This document shows, one piece after another, positions 20,931 through 30,181 of a DNA stretch of 58,205 nt. Made by a program: the position numbers and the translations under genes. Each line of letters opens with the position of its first letter. Position 1 is the stretch's first letter. Source of the DNA: Promethearchaeota archaeon (lineage in GTDB: Archaea > Asgardarchaeota > Lokiarchaeia > Sigyniarchaeales > SOKP01); the NCBI GenBank assembly GCA_016926735.1, contig JAFGOA010000171.1, positions 1 through 58,205 on the forward strand, written 5' to 3'. Below the pieces are notes generated by a model. It did not search any database, was not told where the DNA came from, and was given only the letters and a program-made list of their open reading frames with translations.

Positions 20931-22385
20931 ATGTTTCCAGAAAATGGATATAATATAAAAACAGAGGAAAAAGGAATAAATGATTTGGTATCTGATGTTA
21001 ATGATAAAAAGCTTTCTGATAAATCTTCTGTTGGAAAACGTTTTTTCCAAATAGATTTTATAAAAACAATATGTATTATAATTGTAATTGCAGGTCATAC
21101 ACTTGATCGTTATTTTCCTCTTGAATCTTTATGGCAGATTATCCAGCCAATACCATTATTTTTATTAATTATGGGATTTAATTATGGAAATTCATTTAAG
21201 AAAAGAAACTATCATAAAATTAGCGAAATATATTCTTTTCAATATTTCAAAAGAGCATTTTGGAGATTAATTTTTCCATTACTCTTAATTAATTTAATAT
21301 GTTTTATAATTGATTTAATCTGCGTATTCTTTACAGGATGGCATGTAAATGGATGGAGTAGTACCCAAGTATCTACCTGGAGGAATGTGAGTTGGGGAGA
21401 TACAAATATAGATTATACACCAATGAATCTTTTCTATTTTCTTATTGGGGCGCCATATTTTCCTGGTCCTGGTGAATTCTATGTTGTTATAGCAATTCAA
21501 TTCATTCTGATCTTTCCCTTGATATATAAACTTTTTGATAAGAATCCTATTTTAGGTTTATTTGCTTGTTATACAATTGATTTAGGTTTCCAATTAATAG
21601 CAGGTAATGTGCCTTTAGTAAGTAATTTTTTTGACGATTATTCATTTCTATTCTGTGGAAATATCTTAAGATATATGTCCATAATAGGTTTAGGAATCTG
21701 GTTTGTTAATAACCATAATTTGTTTTCAAAAAAAAATATCTTCATAATAATATTAGCTATCCCTGCTTTATTTTTATTGATGATTGTTTATTGGGGGGAT
21801 ATTATACTTCCAGAATCATTTATTAATAGTGAATTTTTTAATTCTATTTTTACGTCACCTCCTATTGTTACTTTTGGTTATGATCTAAAAATATTTAGAA
21901 CATATCCATGGTGGGGAAAAGCAAATTTATTTACATATTTCTTCCCAGCATTCATCTTTCTATTACTTATGAAAGTCTTACCTTCTGAGTTAAATAAGGA
22001 TAAACCAAGATCACAATCCATTACACGATTCTTTGAAAAATATAGCAAACTTACATATCATATTCTTTTAGTACAAATTGTTTATTTTTTCATAAATATT
22101 CCAATTATGAATGATATAAGTATTTCGATAAATCAGAATATGTATCAAGCATTTATTCAACCTATAACAGAACCTTATGGAATAATAACATCTTGGCAAC
22201 TTACTAATAATCCAGACTTATTAAGTTTTAATGCCTCTATATGTGTATCATTAATAAAACTATTTCTAATATTTATCAATTGTTCGGCTACATTTTCTCT
22301 AGCTATAATTTTCTATAATATTGATACAGGACTTCAAAGAAATCTCAAGAAGATAAAAAGGAAAAAATATAAAAACTTTACATAG
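20931..22385 (+). CDS. Acyltransferase family 3 (OafA-like) membrane protein
   Basis: RFFQIDFIK...VIAGH, PLFLLIMGF, RAFWRLIFP; many TM segments. Confidence 0.85.
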   Translation: MFPENGYNIKTEEKGINDLVSDVNDKKLSDKSSVGKRFFQIDFIKTICIIIVIAGHTLDRYFPLESLWQIIQPIPLFLLIMGFNYGNSFKKRNYHKISEIYSFQYFKRAFWRLIFPLLLINLICFIIDLICVFFTGWHVNGWSSTQVSTWRNVSWGDTNIDYTPMNLFYFLIGAPYFPGPGEFYVVIAIQFILIFPLIYKLFDKNPILGLFACYTIDLGFQLIAGNVPLVSNFFDDYSFLFCGNILRYMSIIGLGIWFVNNHNLFSKKNIFIIILAIPALFLLMIVYWGDIILPESFINSEFFNSIFTSPPIVTFGYDLKIFRTYPWWGKANLFTYFFPAFIFLLLMKVLPSELNKDKPRSQSITRFFEKYSKLTYHILLVQIVYFFINIPIMNDISISINQNMYQAFIQPITEPYGIITSWQLTNNPDLLSFNASICVSLIKLFLIFINCSATFSLAIIFYNIDTGLQRNLKKIKRKKYKNFT

Positions 22386-22453
22386 CTAGCTAATAGACAA
22401 AAATCAAAAGAATAAAAAATTATATAAATATCAAGAAATAGAGATGAATATGT

Positions 22454-22735
22454 ATGAAAGTTGGGTATAATAATATTAAAGGAATTTTAAAAATTAAAAT
22501 ATCAAAGGAGGGATATGGAGATGAAAAATGGGATTGTGTAAATATATATGGAGATCCAAAGGGATTAAAATCATTTGCTTCTGTATTAATTCAATTAGCA
22601 AAACTTAATCAAGATAAATGTGTTGGATTACCTATTGGAAATTCTGAACATATACATCTTTACCCAGAAATAGATCTCACATCAGATTCTAATTCATCAA
22701 TTTTGGGTAGACTTGATAGAAAAAAAGGTAGTTAA
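22454..22735 (+). CDS. Small protein resembling Imm32-type immunity proteins
   Basis: IYGDPKGLKSFA...EHIHL pattern; family assigned from recall. Confidence 0.5.
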   Translation: MKVGYNNIKGILKIKISKEGYGDEKWDCVNIYGDPKGLKSFASVLIQLAKLNQDKCVGLPIGNSEHIHLYPEIDLTSDSNSSILGRLDRKKGS

Positions 22736-22787
22736 TTAGATAAATAAAAAAAACATCTGGAAAACTTATTATTTTACATTCTAAGAT

Positions 22788-22818
22788 AATCATCGTGAAA
22801 TAACTGTTTCACGGTATT
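22788..22818. repeat. Repeat site 3: complete palindromic site (arm-core-arm)
   Basis: AATCAT-CGTGAAA-TAACTG-TTTCACG-GTATT: perfect 7-bp inverted arms around a 6-bp asymmetric spacer. Confidence 0.9.
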
Positions 22819-22905
22819 ATATATTATCTATATATTTCAAATTAACCAAAGATTTAAATGAATAGTAATGTATTAATTTTATTGTGATTAATACATTTAT
22901 TAATA

Positions 22906-23223
22906 ATGGTACTTAAAATGGCTAAAACAATAACAACACGTTTACCTGATGAAATGGTTGAGGACGTTGAAAAAATAGCAGAAATTGAGAAAATTGATAA
23001 ATCTAGTGTGATTAGAAGACTTTTAAATAAAGCCATTCCAAAATGGAAATTAGATTATGCTTCAAAATTGTACCAAGATAAGAAAATTTCTTTGGGAAAA
23101 GCAGCAGAACTTTGCTCTTTATCGATATGGGATATTTTAGAATATTTCTCAAAAAAGAAGATTCCACTTAATTATGATTTGGAAGACTTTAATGATGATT
23201 TAAAAATTGTGGATGAGTTATGA
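22906..23223 (+). CDS. UPF0175-family antitoxin with N-terminal RHH
   Basis: TITTRLPDEM...KSSVIRRLL, then ISLGKAAEL. Confidence 0.85.
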   Translation: MVLKMAKTITTRLPDEMVEDVEKIAEIEKIDKSSVIRRLLNKAIPKWKLDYASKLYQDKKISLGKAAELCSLSIWDILEYFSKKKIPLNYDLEDFNDDLKIVDEL

Positions 23224-23723
23224 ATGATTATACTATTATATCAGATACAACACCCGTATTAGCATTTATTAAAAAGAATGAAATAGATATCTTAAAAAAA
23301 CTATTTAACAGGATATTTATCCCAAAAGCAGTTTATGATGAAATATTAAATACACCAAAAGATCTAGGAAATGAAGCGAGAATTCTACAGGATGAACTGA
23401 AAAAAAAATGGATTATAATAATTGAAATCAAATCATTAAAATATTCCGACTTAGGGTTAGGAAAGGGTGAAAATGAAGCTATTAATTTATGTATGGAATA
23501 CGAAAAGCCTTTATTACTAATTGATGAAAAAAAAGGACGAAATATTGCAAAATCTTTAAATATAAAATTATTAGGAACTCTTGGAATTTTAAATTTAATA
23601 AAGAAAAAAGATTTAAAAAATACTGATGAACTTACTAAAAACATCAATCTACTTGTTAAAAAAGGATTTTATCTTTCTAGTGAGGTAATTCTAAGTTTTA
23701 TAGATAATTTAAAAAATAAATAG
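23220..23723 (+). CDS. DUF3368 PIN-domain toxin (VapC-like)
   Basis: ISDTTP, IPKAVYDE, LGKGENEAI, LLIDEKKGR, GTLGIL; 4-bp overlap with the antitoxin gene. Confidence 0.9.
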   Translation: MNDYTIISDTTPVLAFIKKNEIDILKKLFNRIFIPKAVYDEILNTPKDLGNEARILQDELKKKWIIIIEIKSLKYSDLGLGKGENEAINLCMEYEKPLLLIDEKKGRNIAKSLNIKLLGTLGILNLIKKKDLKNTDELTKNINLLVKKGFYLSSEVILSFIDNLKNK

Positions 23724-23735
23724 AATAATGTTTCT

Positions 23736-23754
23736 CAGTTATTTCACGTGGATC
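23736..23754. repeat. Repeat site 4 (arm right of core)
   Basis: CAGTTA-TTTCACG-TGGATC, 12 bp after the toxin stop codon. Confidence 0.85.
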
Positions 23755-23815
23755 TATATATTCTGAGAAATCTTCTCTATATTGAAGTTTTATTTTTTTA
23801 ATTTAAATTCTTAAA

Positions 23816-24409
23816 TTATTTCTTTTTCATTTTAATTTTTAAATATCTTTTATATAGCAATGTAAGAATTACAAGTGAAGAAAAAATGGTAAAAGTAATA
23901 AAGATGAATGGATCTTGAAAATCAGTCCCAATTAGTGCACCATGAATATAAGCGAATAATATAGCAATATAATTTAATGAATGTAAATATCTCCATATTT
24001 TTGAGATTTTTTTTCTTAAAATTACAGCAACTATAGCAAGATATATCAGAATTAAAGCAGGTCTTCCTGCTAATTTCCAAAAATCGATCCAAGGATAAAA
24101 GATAGGTATAAAGACCGTGATATCCAATTGTTCAATTGCAAACGCTATTGGATGAATAGTAACAAGGATTAATCCTAAAATTGAGTATATATGATGTATT
24201 TTTATAAATGTCTTTCCAAATATCTTATAGATCTTTGGAAGATATAATGTTAAAATTGTGGCAATGAATAAACATATGAAACCATATAAAGCAGCAAACC
24301 TAATTATACCATCAAAAATATTTTCAGATGGGAGTATCTTTATTATTAATAAAATTATCACTAAAATGTTACCTATAATTAATAATATTCTATTTCTTTT
24401 TGTAGACAT
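23816..24409 (-). CDS. Ferric reductase-like / MsrQ-like heme-binding membrane protein
   Basis: 6 TM with His ligands (KIHH, IHP, WRYLHSLNY, IHG). Confidence 0.8.
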   Translation of the reverse strand: MSTKRNRILLIIGNILVIILLIIKILPSENIFDGIIRFAALYGFICLFIATILTLYLPKIYKIFGKTFIKIHHIYSILGLILVTIHPIAFAIEQLDITVFIPIFYPWIDFWKLAGRPALILIYLAIVAVILRKKISKIWRYLHSLNYIAILFAYIHGALIGTDFQDPFIFITFTIFSSLVILTLLYKRYLKIKMKKK

Positions 24410-24537
24410 ATATTTAATTAGGTTATATGAGAATATAAATTTTCATTTATAGGAAATCTGTAATGTTATAAAGAAAATATCCCAATGTGGAGATATAAAG
24501 AAAATTTTTGGTATCATTATCTGATTCTTGAATACTT

Positions 24538-24556
24538 CAGTTATTTCACGATGATC
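24538..24556. repeat. Repeat site 5 (arm right of core)
   Basis: CAGTTA-TTTCACG-ATGATC. Confidence 0.85.
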
Positions 24557-24713
24557 ACCTTAAGTGCGGATATCTCATCTTATCACATGCTTTTTTAATT
24601 TCTATAATAATATCTATAATTGATTATAGAAGTATATTAAAGATTCTGCATAAAATTAATAAATTTAGACGATCTATTTATTATTTTTAAAACTAAGAGG
24701 TAATTGAAAAATA

Positions 24714-25589
24714 ATGAGAATAGGAAAAAAAGATAATAAAAAAATATTTAAGAAAATTACCTTATTAACTATTCTTATATTCGTTATCTTATCGCAAAAA
24801 ATATATTCTTCAAAAGGTAATGGGATGGTTGTCGAATATGATGGTTCTGCAGGATTCTGTCCTTTAGGAGATAACAATTTTACTTTAGCAAATGCCGATA
24901 TTTTATATGATATAGATACTCATGATTATCCTTATACCTTTGATCTAGAGATATATGCAAATTATACAGTTTACAATCCAGATGATGCCGTAAATGTAAC
25001 ATTTGCAGCACCATTTCCGCAATATTCCTCATATTATGAGAATATATCAATAATAGTGGGAAATCATACTATTCCTTATTGTATAGAAGATCCAGAAGCA
25101 TATAAAGATGATAATATAGATCTATATTATTTAACTTGGTGGGATACCTCTTTTTTAATTTTTAATATAAGTCTTCCTAAAAATGATTCAATAGAGGTAA
25201 AATATGAATTAATCTCGATTAATAATCCTTTTCATGGTAATATACAATCAATAACATATGGTCTATTTACAGCTCATTTTTGGAACGAAATTCTTCATGA
25301 AAGAATTGAATTTCATGTCAATGGTACTTATCCAAATAAATATAAAGAACAATTATATGGATATCCGGAAATTAATTGTACAATTGAAAATCATGAGAAT
25401 ACAAGAAGTTATATTTGGGAATGGTATAATAACAACCTTAGTCCAGATGTTATGGATGTTTTTATTTTCTATGAATTTTATTATATTCATCCTACATACA
25501 TTCTTATGTGGATTATAGGTGTATCTGGTGCTCTTATTTTCATATATTTGATTTATTATCTTTTAAAACCAAAAAAATACAAAAGATAA
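24714..25589 (+). CDS. Secreted membrane-anchored protein, paralog of 57005-57865
   Basis: Signal peptide, ANYTVYNP, APFP, WNEI..ERIEF, C-terminal TM plus basic tail. Confidence 0.75.
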   Translation: MRIGKKDNKKIFKKITLLTILIFVILSQKIYSSKGNGMVVEYDGSAGFCPLGDNNFTLANADILYDIDTHDYPYTFDLEIYANYTVYNPDDAVNVTFAAPFPQYSSYYENISIIVGNHTIPYCIEDPEAYKDDNIDLYYLTWWDTSFLIFNISLPKNDSIEVKYELISINNPFHGNIQSITYGLFTAHFWNEILHERIEFHVNGTYPNKYKEQLYGYPEINCTIENHENTRSYIWEWYNNNLSPDVMDVFIFYEFYYIHPTYILMWIIGVSGALIFIYLIYYLLKPKKYKR

Positions 25590-25629
25590 ATTAATTATAC
25601 ATAAGTATTTATAATTCATTTGGATATGT

Positions 25630-25642
25630 TAACTGTTTCATG
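25630..25642. repeat. Repeat site 6 (arm right of core)
   Basis: TAACTG-TTTCATG, 12 bp from the nucleotidyltransferase stop codon. Confidence 0.65.
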
Positions 25643-25654
25643 AAGACTTTTAAG

Positions 25655-26284
25655 TTACTTTGAATGGATTTTTTCAAAAAATTCATCTGGATCAGTTATA
25701 CCAGAGGTAAGTAGACTATATTCTTTTGATATATTTAATTCTTTACTTGATTCTTCTAAAATCTGTTGATTTAATTCTTCTTGAAATCTCATCCAACAAC
25801 CTAAAGCATCTGTAAAATCTTGCCATCCTCCATATACAAGTTTACTTAGAATAAAGTCTTCTTTTGAGGCAATCCAACACTCTATTCCAAATAATTTCTC
25901 TCTCACTCTTCTTTTTAAAGCTAAAGGGCCAATTCGTTTGTATTTTGAGGGATTATTTTTTTCTATAATATGATTATCAATTCTAGTTGTTTCAGTTTTG
26001 TCAAGATATTGGATTATCTTAGTTTCTTCAGCCAGTTTTTCTGTAGCATTCCAATCTTGTATTGGTAAAAAATTAAAATCTTTAATAATATTGATAAATT
26101 CTTTAATTGTTAGGCCTGAATTAAATATATCTACAACAATATCTATATCTCGAGTGATTCTAAAATCAGAATAAAGATTAACTAAAATTCCTCCTACAAA
26201 ATAATACTTAATTTTTTCTTGTTTCTCCAGAGACTCAATTAAATCAACAACTTGTAACAATGTATTTTTATATGTACTTTCCAA
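25655..26284 (-). CDS. Nucleotidyltransferase-fold protein (DUF6036/AbiEii-like), likely TA component
   Basis: VGG...R.TRDIDIVV motif, SKEDFILSKL. Confidence 0.8.
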   Translation of the reverse strand: MESTYKNTLLQVVDLIESLEKQEKIKYYFVGGILVNLYSDFRITRDIDIVVDIFNSGLTIKEFINIIKDFNFLPIQDWNATEKLAEETKIIQYLDKTETTRIDNHIIEKNNPSKYKRIGPLALKRRVREKLFGIECWIASKEDFILSKLVYGGWQDFTDALGCWMRFQEELNQQILEESSKELNISKEYSLLTSGITDPDEFFEKIHSK

Positions 26285-26518
26285 TTATTTCTTCCCTCTT
26301 ATTTTATCATGAAATTTATACATATTAATAATAAGTTGTTTTCTGGTTAAACTTGGATTTCTTTTTTTTTCTAATTGTATATAGTCATTTAGATTAATCT
26401 CATATAATTCGAGAAAGAGATTCTCAAGTTTTTCTAATTTAGTGTTTTTCATATATTGAATTCTACCTTTAAAATCTCTAGCATTTTTCCGATATATTTT
26501 ATCTTCTTTTAGAATCAT
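26285..26518 (-). CDS. Small partner protein of the nucleotidyltransferase
   Basis: 77-aa ORF abutting the downstream gene. Confidence 0.7.
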   Translation of the reverse strand: MILKEDKIYRKNARDFKGRIQYMKNTKLEKLENLFLELYEINLNDYIQLEKKRNPSLTRKQLIINMYKFHDKIRGKK

Positions 26519-26701
26519 GATAATAATAAATATATTTTATTAATTTGTAGAAATCTTATATCTAAGTAATAAATAAAGATTATATCTATTATATTTATTT
26601 ATAAAATTATAAAATATGATATGAATTTTAATTTAAAAATCTGGAAACTTTTTTTTAAAATTTTATAAATTTTATATATATTTCAATTTAAAAGTACTTC
26701 T

Positions 26702-26720
26702 CAGTTATTTCACGTTGATT
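26702..26720. repeat. Repeat site 7 (arm right of core)
   Basis: CAGTTA-TTTCACG-TTGATT. Confidence 0.85.
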
Positions 26721-26899
26721 TTCCATTAAAATTACTGTATTTTCCATGAAGAATAATTTTATTTTTAAAATTATTTTACTAAATTTAGATTAATTTAATT
26801 ATCTACAGATAATTCTTCCCAACTAAACATATACTTACAGATTAAAGCTTTTTTGAATTAAATCTTTTTTTACCAATAGATATTCTAAATATTGAACCA

Positions 26900-27256
26900 T
26901 TGAAATATATTGGTGGAATATTAGTAATAATTGGAGATCTCCTATTCCTCATAGCTTATATAAAGCTTAATTCTTTGAAAAATTCAGTAAATAAATTTGA
27001 CTCAGCTAAATTAATAACAACAGGAATATATGCAATCTCCAGAAATCCTATTTATCTTGCATTACACACAATAACAATAGGATTTACTTTAATAATTCCA
27101 ACATGGATAACATTCGTATGTATTGTAATCTTTATTATTAATTTTCATTTAAGAATTAAGTTAGAAGAAAAAGAATTAGAAGAAACATTTGGAAAGGATT
27201 ATATTGAATATAAGAAAAAAGTACTCAAATATATCGGTCGAAGAATTAAGAATTAA
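26900..27256 (+). pseudogene. ICMT/PEMT-family methyltransferase, probably 5'-truncated
   Basis: LITTGIYAISRNPIY...EEKEL...FG..Y; only 118 aa, and the upstream frame is closed by stops. Confidence 0.6.
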
Positions 27257-27441
27257 ATGAAATCTCTTCTATTTTTTACTATATTTAGAAACACTCTGTT
27301 TTTTTCTTTCAAAAAAAGAAGAAAAAACCTCTATAAATAATTTCTCAAAAAAAATTATTTTCATTATTTGGATTGGAATAATTCTGTTAAATTAACATAC
27401 TTGTTTTATATACAAAATGATAAATAGCTATTTTGAAACAA

Positions 27442-27939
27442 TTATAATTTTTCTTTGTATTTTCTAAAATTTGGGAATATTGCATTTAAATTTTTTTTAT
27501 AATGGACATATAATTCACCGAATTGATTCAAACAATACATTTCCTCCTTTCTAATTAGTATTCGAAATATTATATAATATATTATAGGGATAAAAAATAG
27601 AATATAACTATTAAATAAGAGTACAATTCCAGGAGTCATAAATAAGATAAAAGATGAATAAAGTGGATGTCTGATATATGCATATATCCCATGTGTAACA
27701 AGCCTTGATTCTGAATGAGCTTTATTTATTATTTTTAAAGTTTTAATATATATAATGAAACCAAGCATCAATAAAATAATTCCAATAATAATCGTGTAAA
27801 AGGGATTAATTAGTAATTGAAAGGTTGGAAAAAAATAAAAATGAATGATTGTAAATAAAACTATAAAGGGTAATAAATATAAAATCATTTTAGGGCTAAC
27901 ACCCCATTTTGACATTTTTTTTTTACTTTTTATTTTCAT
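27442..27939 (-). CDS. ICMT/PEMT-family membrane methyltransferase
   Basis: LVTHGIYAYIRHPLYS...EE...FGELY. Confidence 0.85.
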   Translation of the reverse strand: MKIKSKKKMSKWGVSPKMILYLLPFIVLFTIIHFYFFPTFQLLINPFYTIIIGIILLMLGFIIYIKTLKIINKAHSESRLVTHGIYAYIRHPLYSSFILFMTPGIVLLFNSYILFFIPIIYYIIFRILIRKEEMYCLNQFGELYVHYKKNLNAIFPNFRKYKEKL

Positions 27940-28038
27940 TTCTATTTCTTTTACAATTTTAATCTTTGAAAATTCTATTAATTATAATAAATATTTCTAT
28001 TATAATATCATATCTTAACGTTTAAATTGAAGAAGTAT

Positions 28039-28974
28039 TCAGAGCGAACATGAACTCTTTTGAATAATCTCTAACGCTGCAATAGTACCATCTGCTACAG
28101 CAGTTGTAATTTGATTAAACTTTTTAACACGTATATCTCCAATAGCATAAACATTTTTCAGATTAGTAATGCAATTTTCGTCAGTTGGAATATATCCTCG
28201 TTCATCAATATGTATTCCTGAATTTTTCAACCATTCACTATTGGGTTTCATTCCTACAAAAATAAATAATGCATCTCTCTTAATTTTAACAATCTCCTTG
28301 GTATCTAAGTTTTCTGCAGTTATAATCATTTTATTACCATCTCGTTCAAATTTTAGGGATTCATGGTTCCAGATCATAGCTACATTTTTATGACACATGA
28401 CTTGGTCAACGGTACATTTCTCTGCTCTAAGATTATGAAAACCATGATGAATAAATGTAATTGAATTAACATATTTTAGGAGAACTAAACTCTCATTCAT
28501 TGCTGTATCTCCTGCACCTATTACAGCTATGTCTTTTCCAGAATAAAAGTCTCCGTCACAAGCAGCGCAATAGTGAATTCCACAACCTTTAAATTCTTGC
28601 TCACCCGGCAAATTTAATCTGCGTGGACTGATTCCTGTAGCAATAATAATGTTTTCGGATTCAAATTTTTCATCATTATCAACTTCAATCCATTTCAAAT
28701 CATCCTTAAAATTATAATCAGTTATTTCTATTGCTAATTCGAATTTAGCACCAAATGACTTTGCTTGATTGAACATTCTCTTGGTAAGATCTAATCCGGA
28801 GATTGGTTCTGGAAATCCGGGATAATTTGCAACTAAATAAGTATTTTTAACTGTACCCCCCGCAGGAGCGGATTCATCAATTACTAAAACTGATAATGTA
28901 CCACGAGCCGCAAATATTGCGGCTGCAATGCCTGCAGGACCTGCACCTATAATGATTACATCGTATTTTATCAT
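28039..28974 (-). CDS. trxB: Thioredoxin reductase
   Basis: GAGPAG, CAACDG active site, GAGDTA, AIGD. Confidence 0.9.
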   Translation of the reverse strand: MIKYDVIIIGAGPAGIAAAIFAARGTLSVLVIDESAPAGGTVKNTYLVANYPGFPEPISGLDLTKRMFNQAKSFGAKFELAIEITDYNFKDDLKWIEVDNDEKFESENIIIATGISPRRLNLPGEQEFKGCGIHYCAACDGDFYSGKDIAVIGAGDTAMNESLVLLKYVNSITFIHHGFHNLRAEKCTVDQVMCHKNVAMIWNHESLKFERDGNKMIITAENLDTKEIVKIKRDALFIFVGMKPNSEWLKNSGIHIDERGYIPTDENCITNLKNVYAIGDIRVKKFNQITTAVADGTIAALEIIQKSSCSL

Positions 28975-29061
28975 TCTTAGACTCTCTTTAAAAGGTACTT
29001 CATTATATTTTTTTAAATGCCGTTACAACCATTATAATCTTATTATAAATTACAAACGTTA

Positions 29062-29415
29062 TTAAAAACATTCATTTATTTTTGCTTTTATTGATTTTAC
29101 ATCTTGAATTGAAGAAGTTGCTCCAACAACTTTTCCATTTTTATAATAGATTGTGAATGGAAGACCCATAAAGAGTTGACATTCTGGTAATTCTCGAATA
29201 ATTGATGCTCCGGGTACATCAAATGGCATAACAACAAATTTAATATCTAAATAATTTTCTTTTTCTTTCAAAACTTCAAAAGCCCCATAAACAGGTAAGC
29301 ACATGGGACCGTTTCGACCACAACTTATTATAACTTTCTCATTTGTGTTAATTAAATTCTCTACTTCTGATTCTGTTTGAACCTCTTCGAGTGATGATTC
29401 TAAATATTTCGGCAT
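29062..29415 (-). CDS. Atypical thioredoxin-fold protein (CGRNGPMC)
   Basis: CX6C motif, cis-Pro LPFT, YKNGK; directly upstream of trxB. Confidence 0.8.
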   Translation of the reverse strand: MPKYLESSLEEVQTESEVENLINTNEKVIISCGRNGPMCLPVYGAFEVLKEKENYLDIKFVVMPFDVPGASIIRELPECQLFMGLPFTIYYKNGKVVGATSSIQDVKSIKAKINECF

Positions 29416-29449
29416 TTTCTTTTTCTACTTTAATTGATATTTAATAATT

Positions 29450-29465
29450 ATGAATAATTATTCTA
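29450..29465. promoter_or_regulatory. Operator copy 1 (ATGAATAWWTATTCAT type)
   Basis: ATGAATAATTATTCTA, about 35 bp upstream of the thioredoxin-trxB unit. Confidence 0.55.
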
Positions 29466-29611
29466 AATTATTAACTATTTATTAAATTAGACTTTTTTTG
29501 TATATGATAATTTAGGTGAATATATTTCAGTTGTTGTAAAAATCGGAATATTAAATGCTAATAAAAAAATCTGATTTGCTAATAGGTAAATTTTCCGGAT
29601 TAAGGTGAACT

Positions 29612-29935
29612 ATGAAGAAAGCTGGTAGAATTGTTTATTTTATTAGATTAACGGAATATATATTTATAATTTATCATTCATATGTAAAATTAACTAAAAA
29701 GGGTCGAGAACTCGGAAATGAGTTAATGAGGCACTCTCAACTCTTTGAATTATTATTAGTAAGAGAATTAGATTTAACACCCAAAGAAGCTCGAATTGAA
29801 GCTGATAAATTTAATCTACTTTTATCTTGTAAAACTATTGATAAAATTTGTAGTAAATATGGACATCCTAAAACTTGTCCATGTGGCATAGAAATACTTG
29901 AATCTAAAAATTGTCTATGTAAAAAAAAATTTTAA
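29612..29935 (+). pseudogene. DtxR/MntR-family repressor lacking most of the HTH domain
   Basis: VKLTKKG...RHSQLFE...GHPKTCPCG; the N-terminus is not DtxR-like. Confidence 0.65.
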
Positions 29936-30046
29936 TTACTACTAGTTTAAAAATATATACCATATTTAGATGGAATAAAAAAGAAAGAATAATTTCTATT
30001 TCTTTTTAAGGAATATTCTATATAGATTTTTTATCAATTATAGCAA

Positions 30047-30080
30047 AAGAAAACACCCTCCTTTAGGTGTGAGTAGTTCA
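30047..30080 (+). mobile_element. Probable IS200/IS605/IS607-type right-end remnant
   Basis: AAGAAAACACCCTCCTTTAGGTGTGAGTAGTTCA: hairpin with CTTTAGG apex followed by TAGTTCA; no tnpA or tnpB nearby. Confidence 0.5.
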
Positions 30081-30181
30081 ACATATCCTCATTAGGTAAA
30101 CCTATCATTTTACTTTCAATTGCTTTTTTTTGATTATAAGGATGAAATTAATATCAATATTTGTGGGGAATTATAGTTCAA

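Noticed and set aside
18381-26650. ATCTGGRAA upstream of repeat sites 1, 3 and 7
   Set aside because: Short, variably spaced and absent at the other sites; may be chance
18411-26720. CRISPR array or intact IS/MITE as explanation for the repeats
   Set aside because: Spacing is gene-sized and irregular, there are no cas genes, no two arms face inward to enclose an element, and there is no transposase
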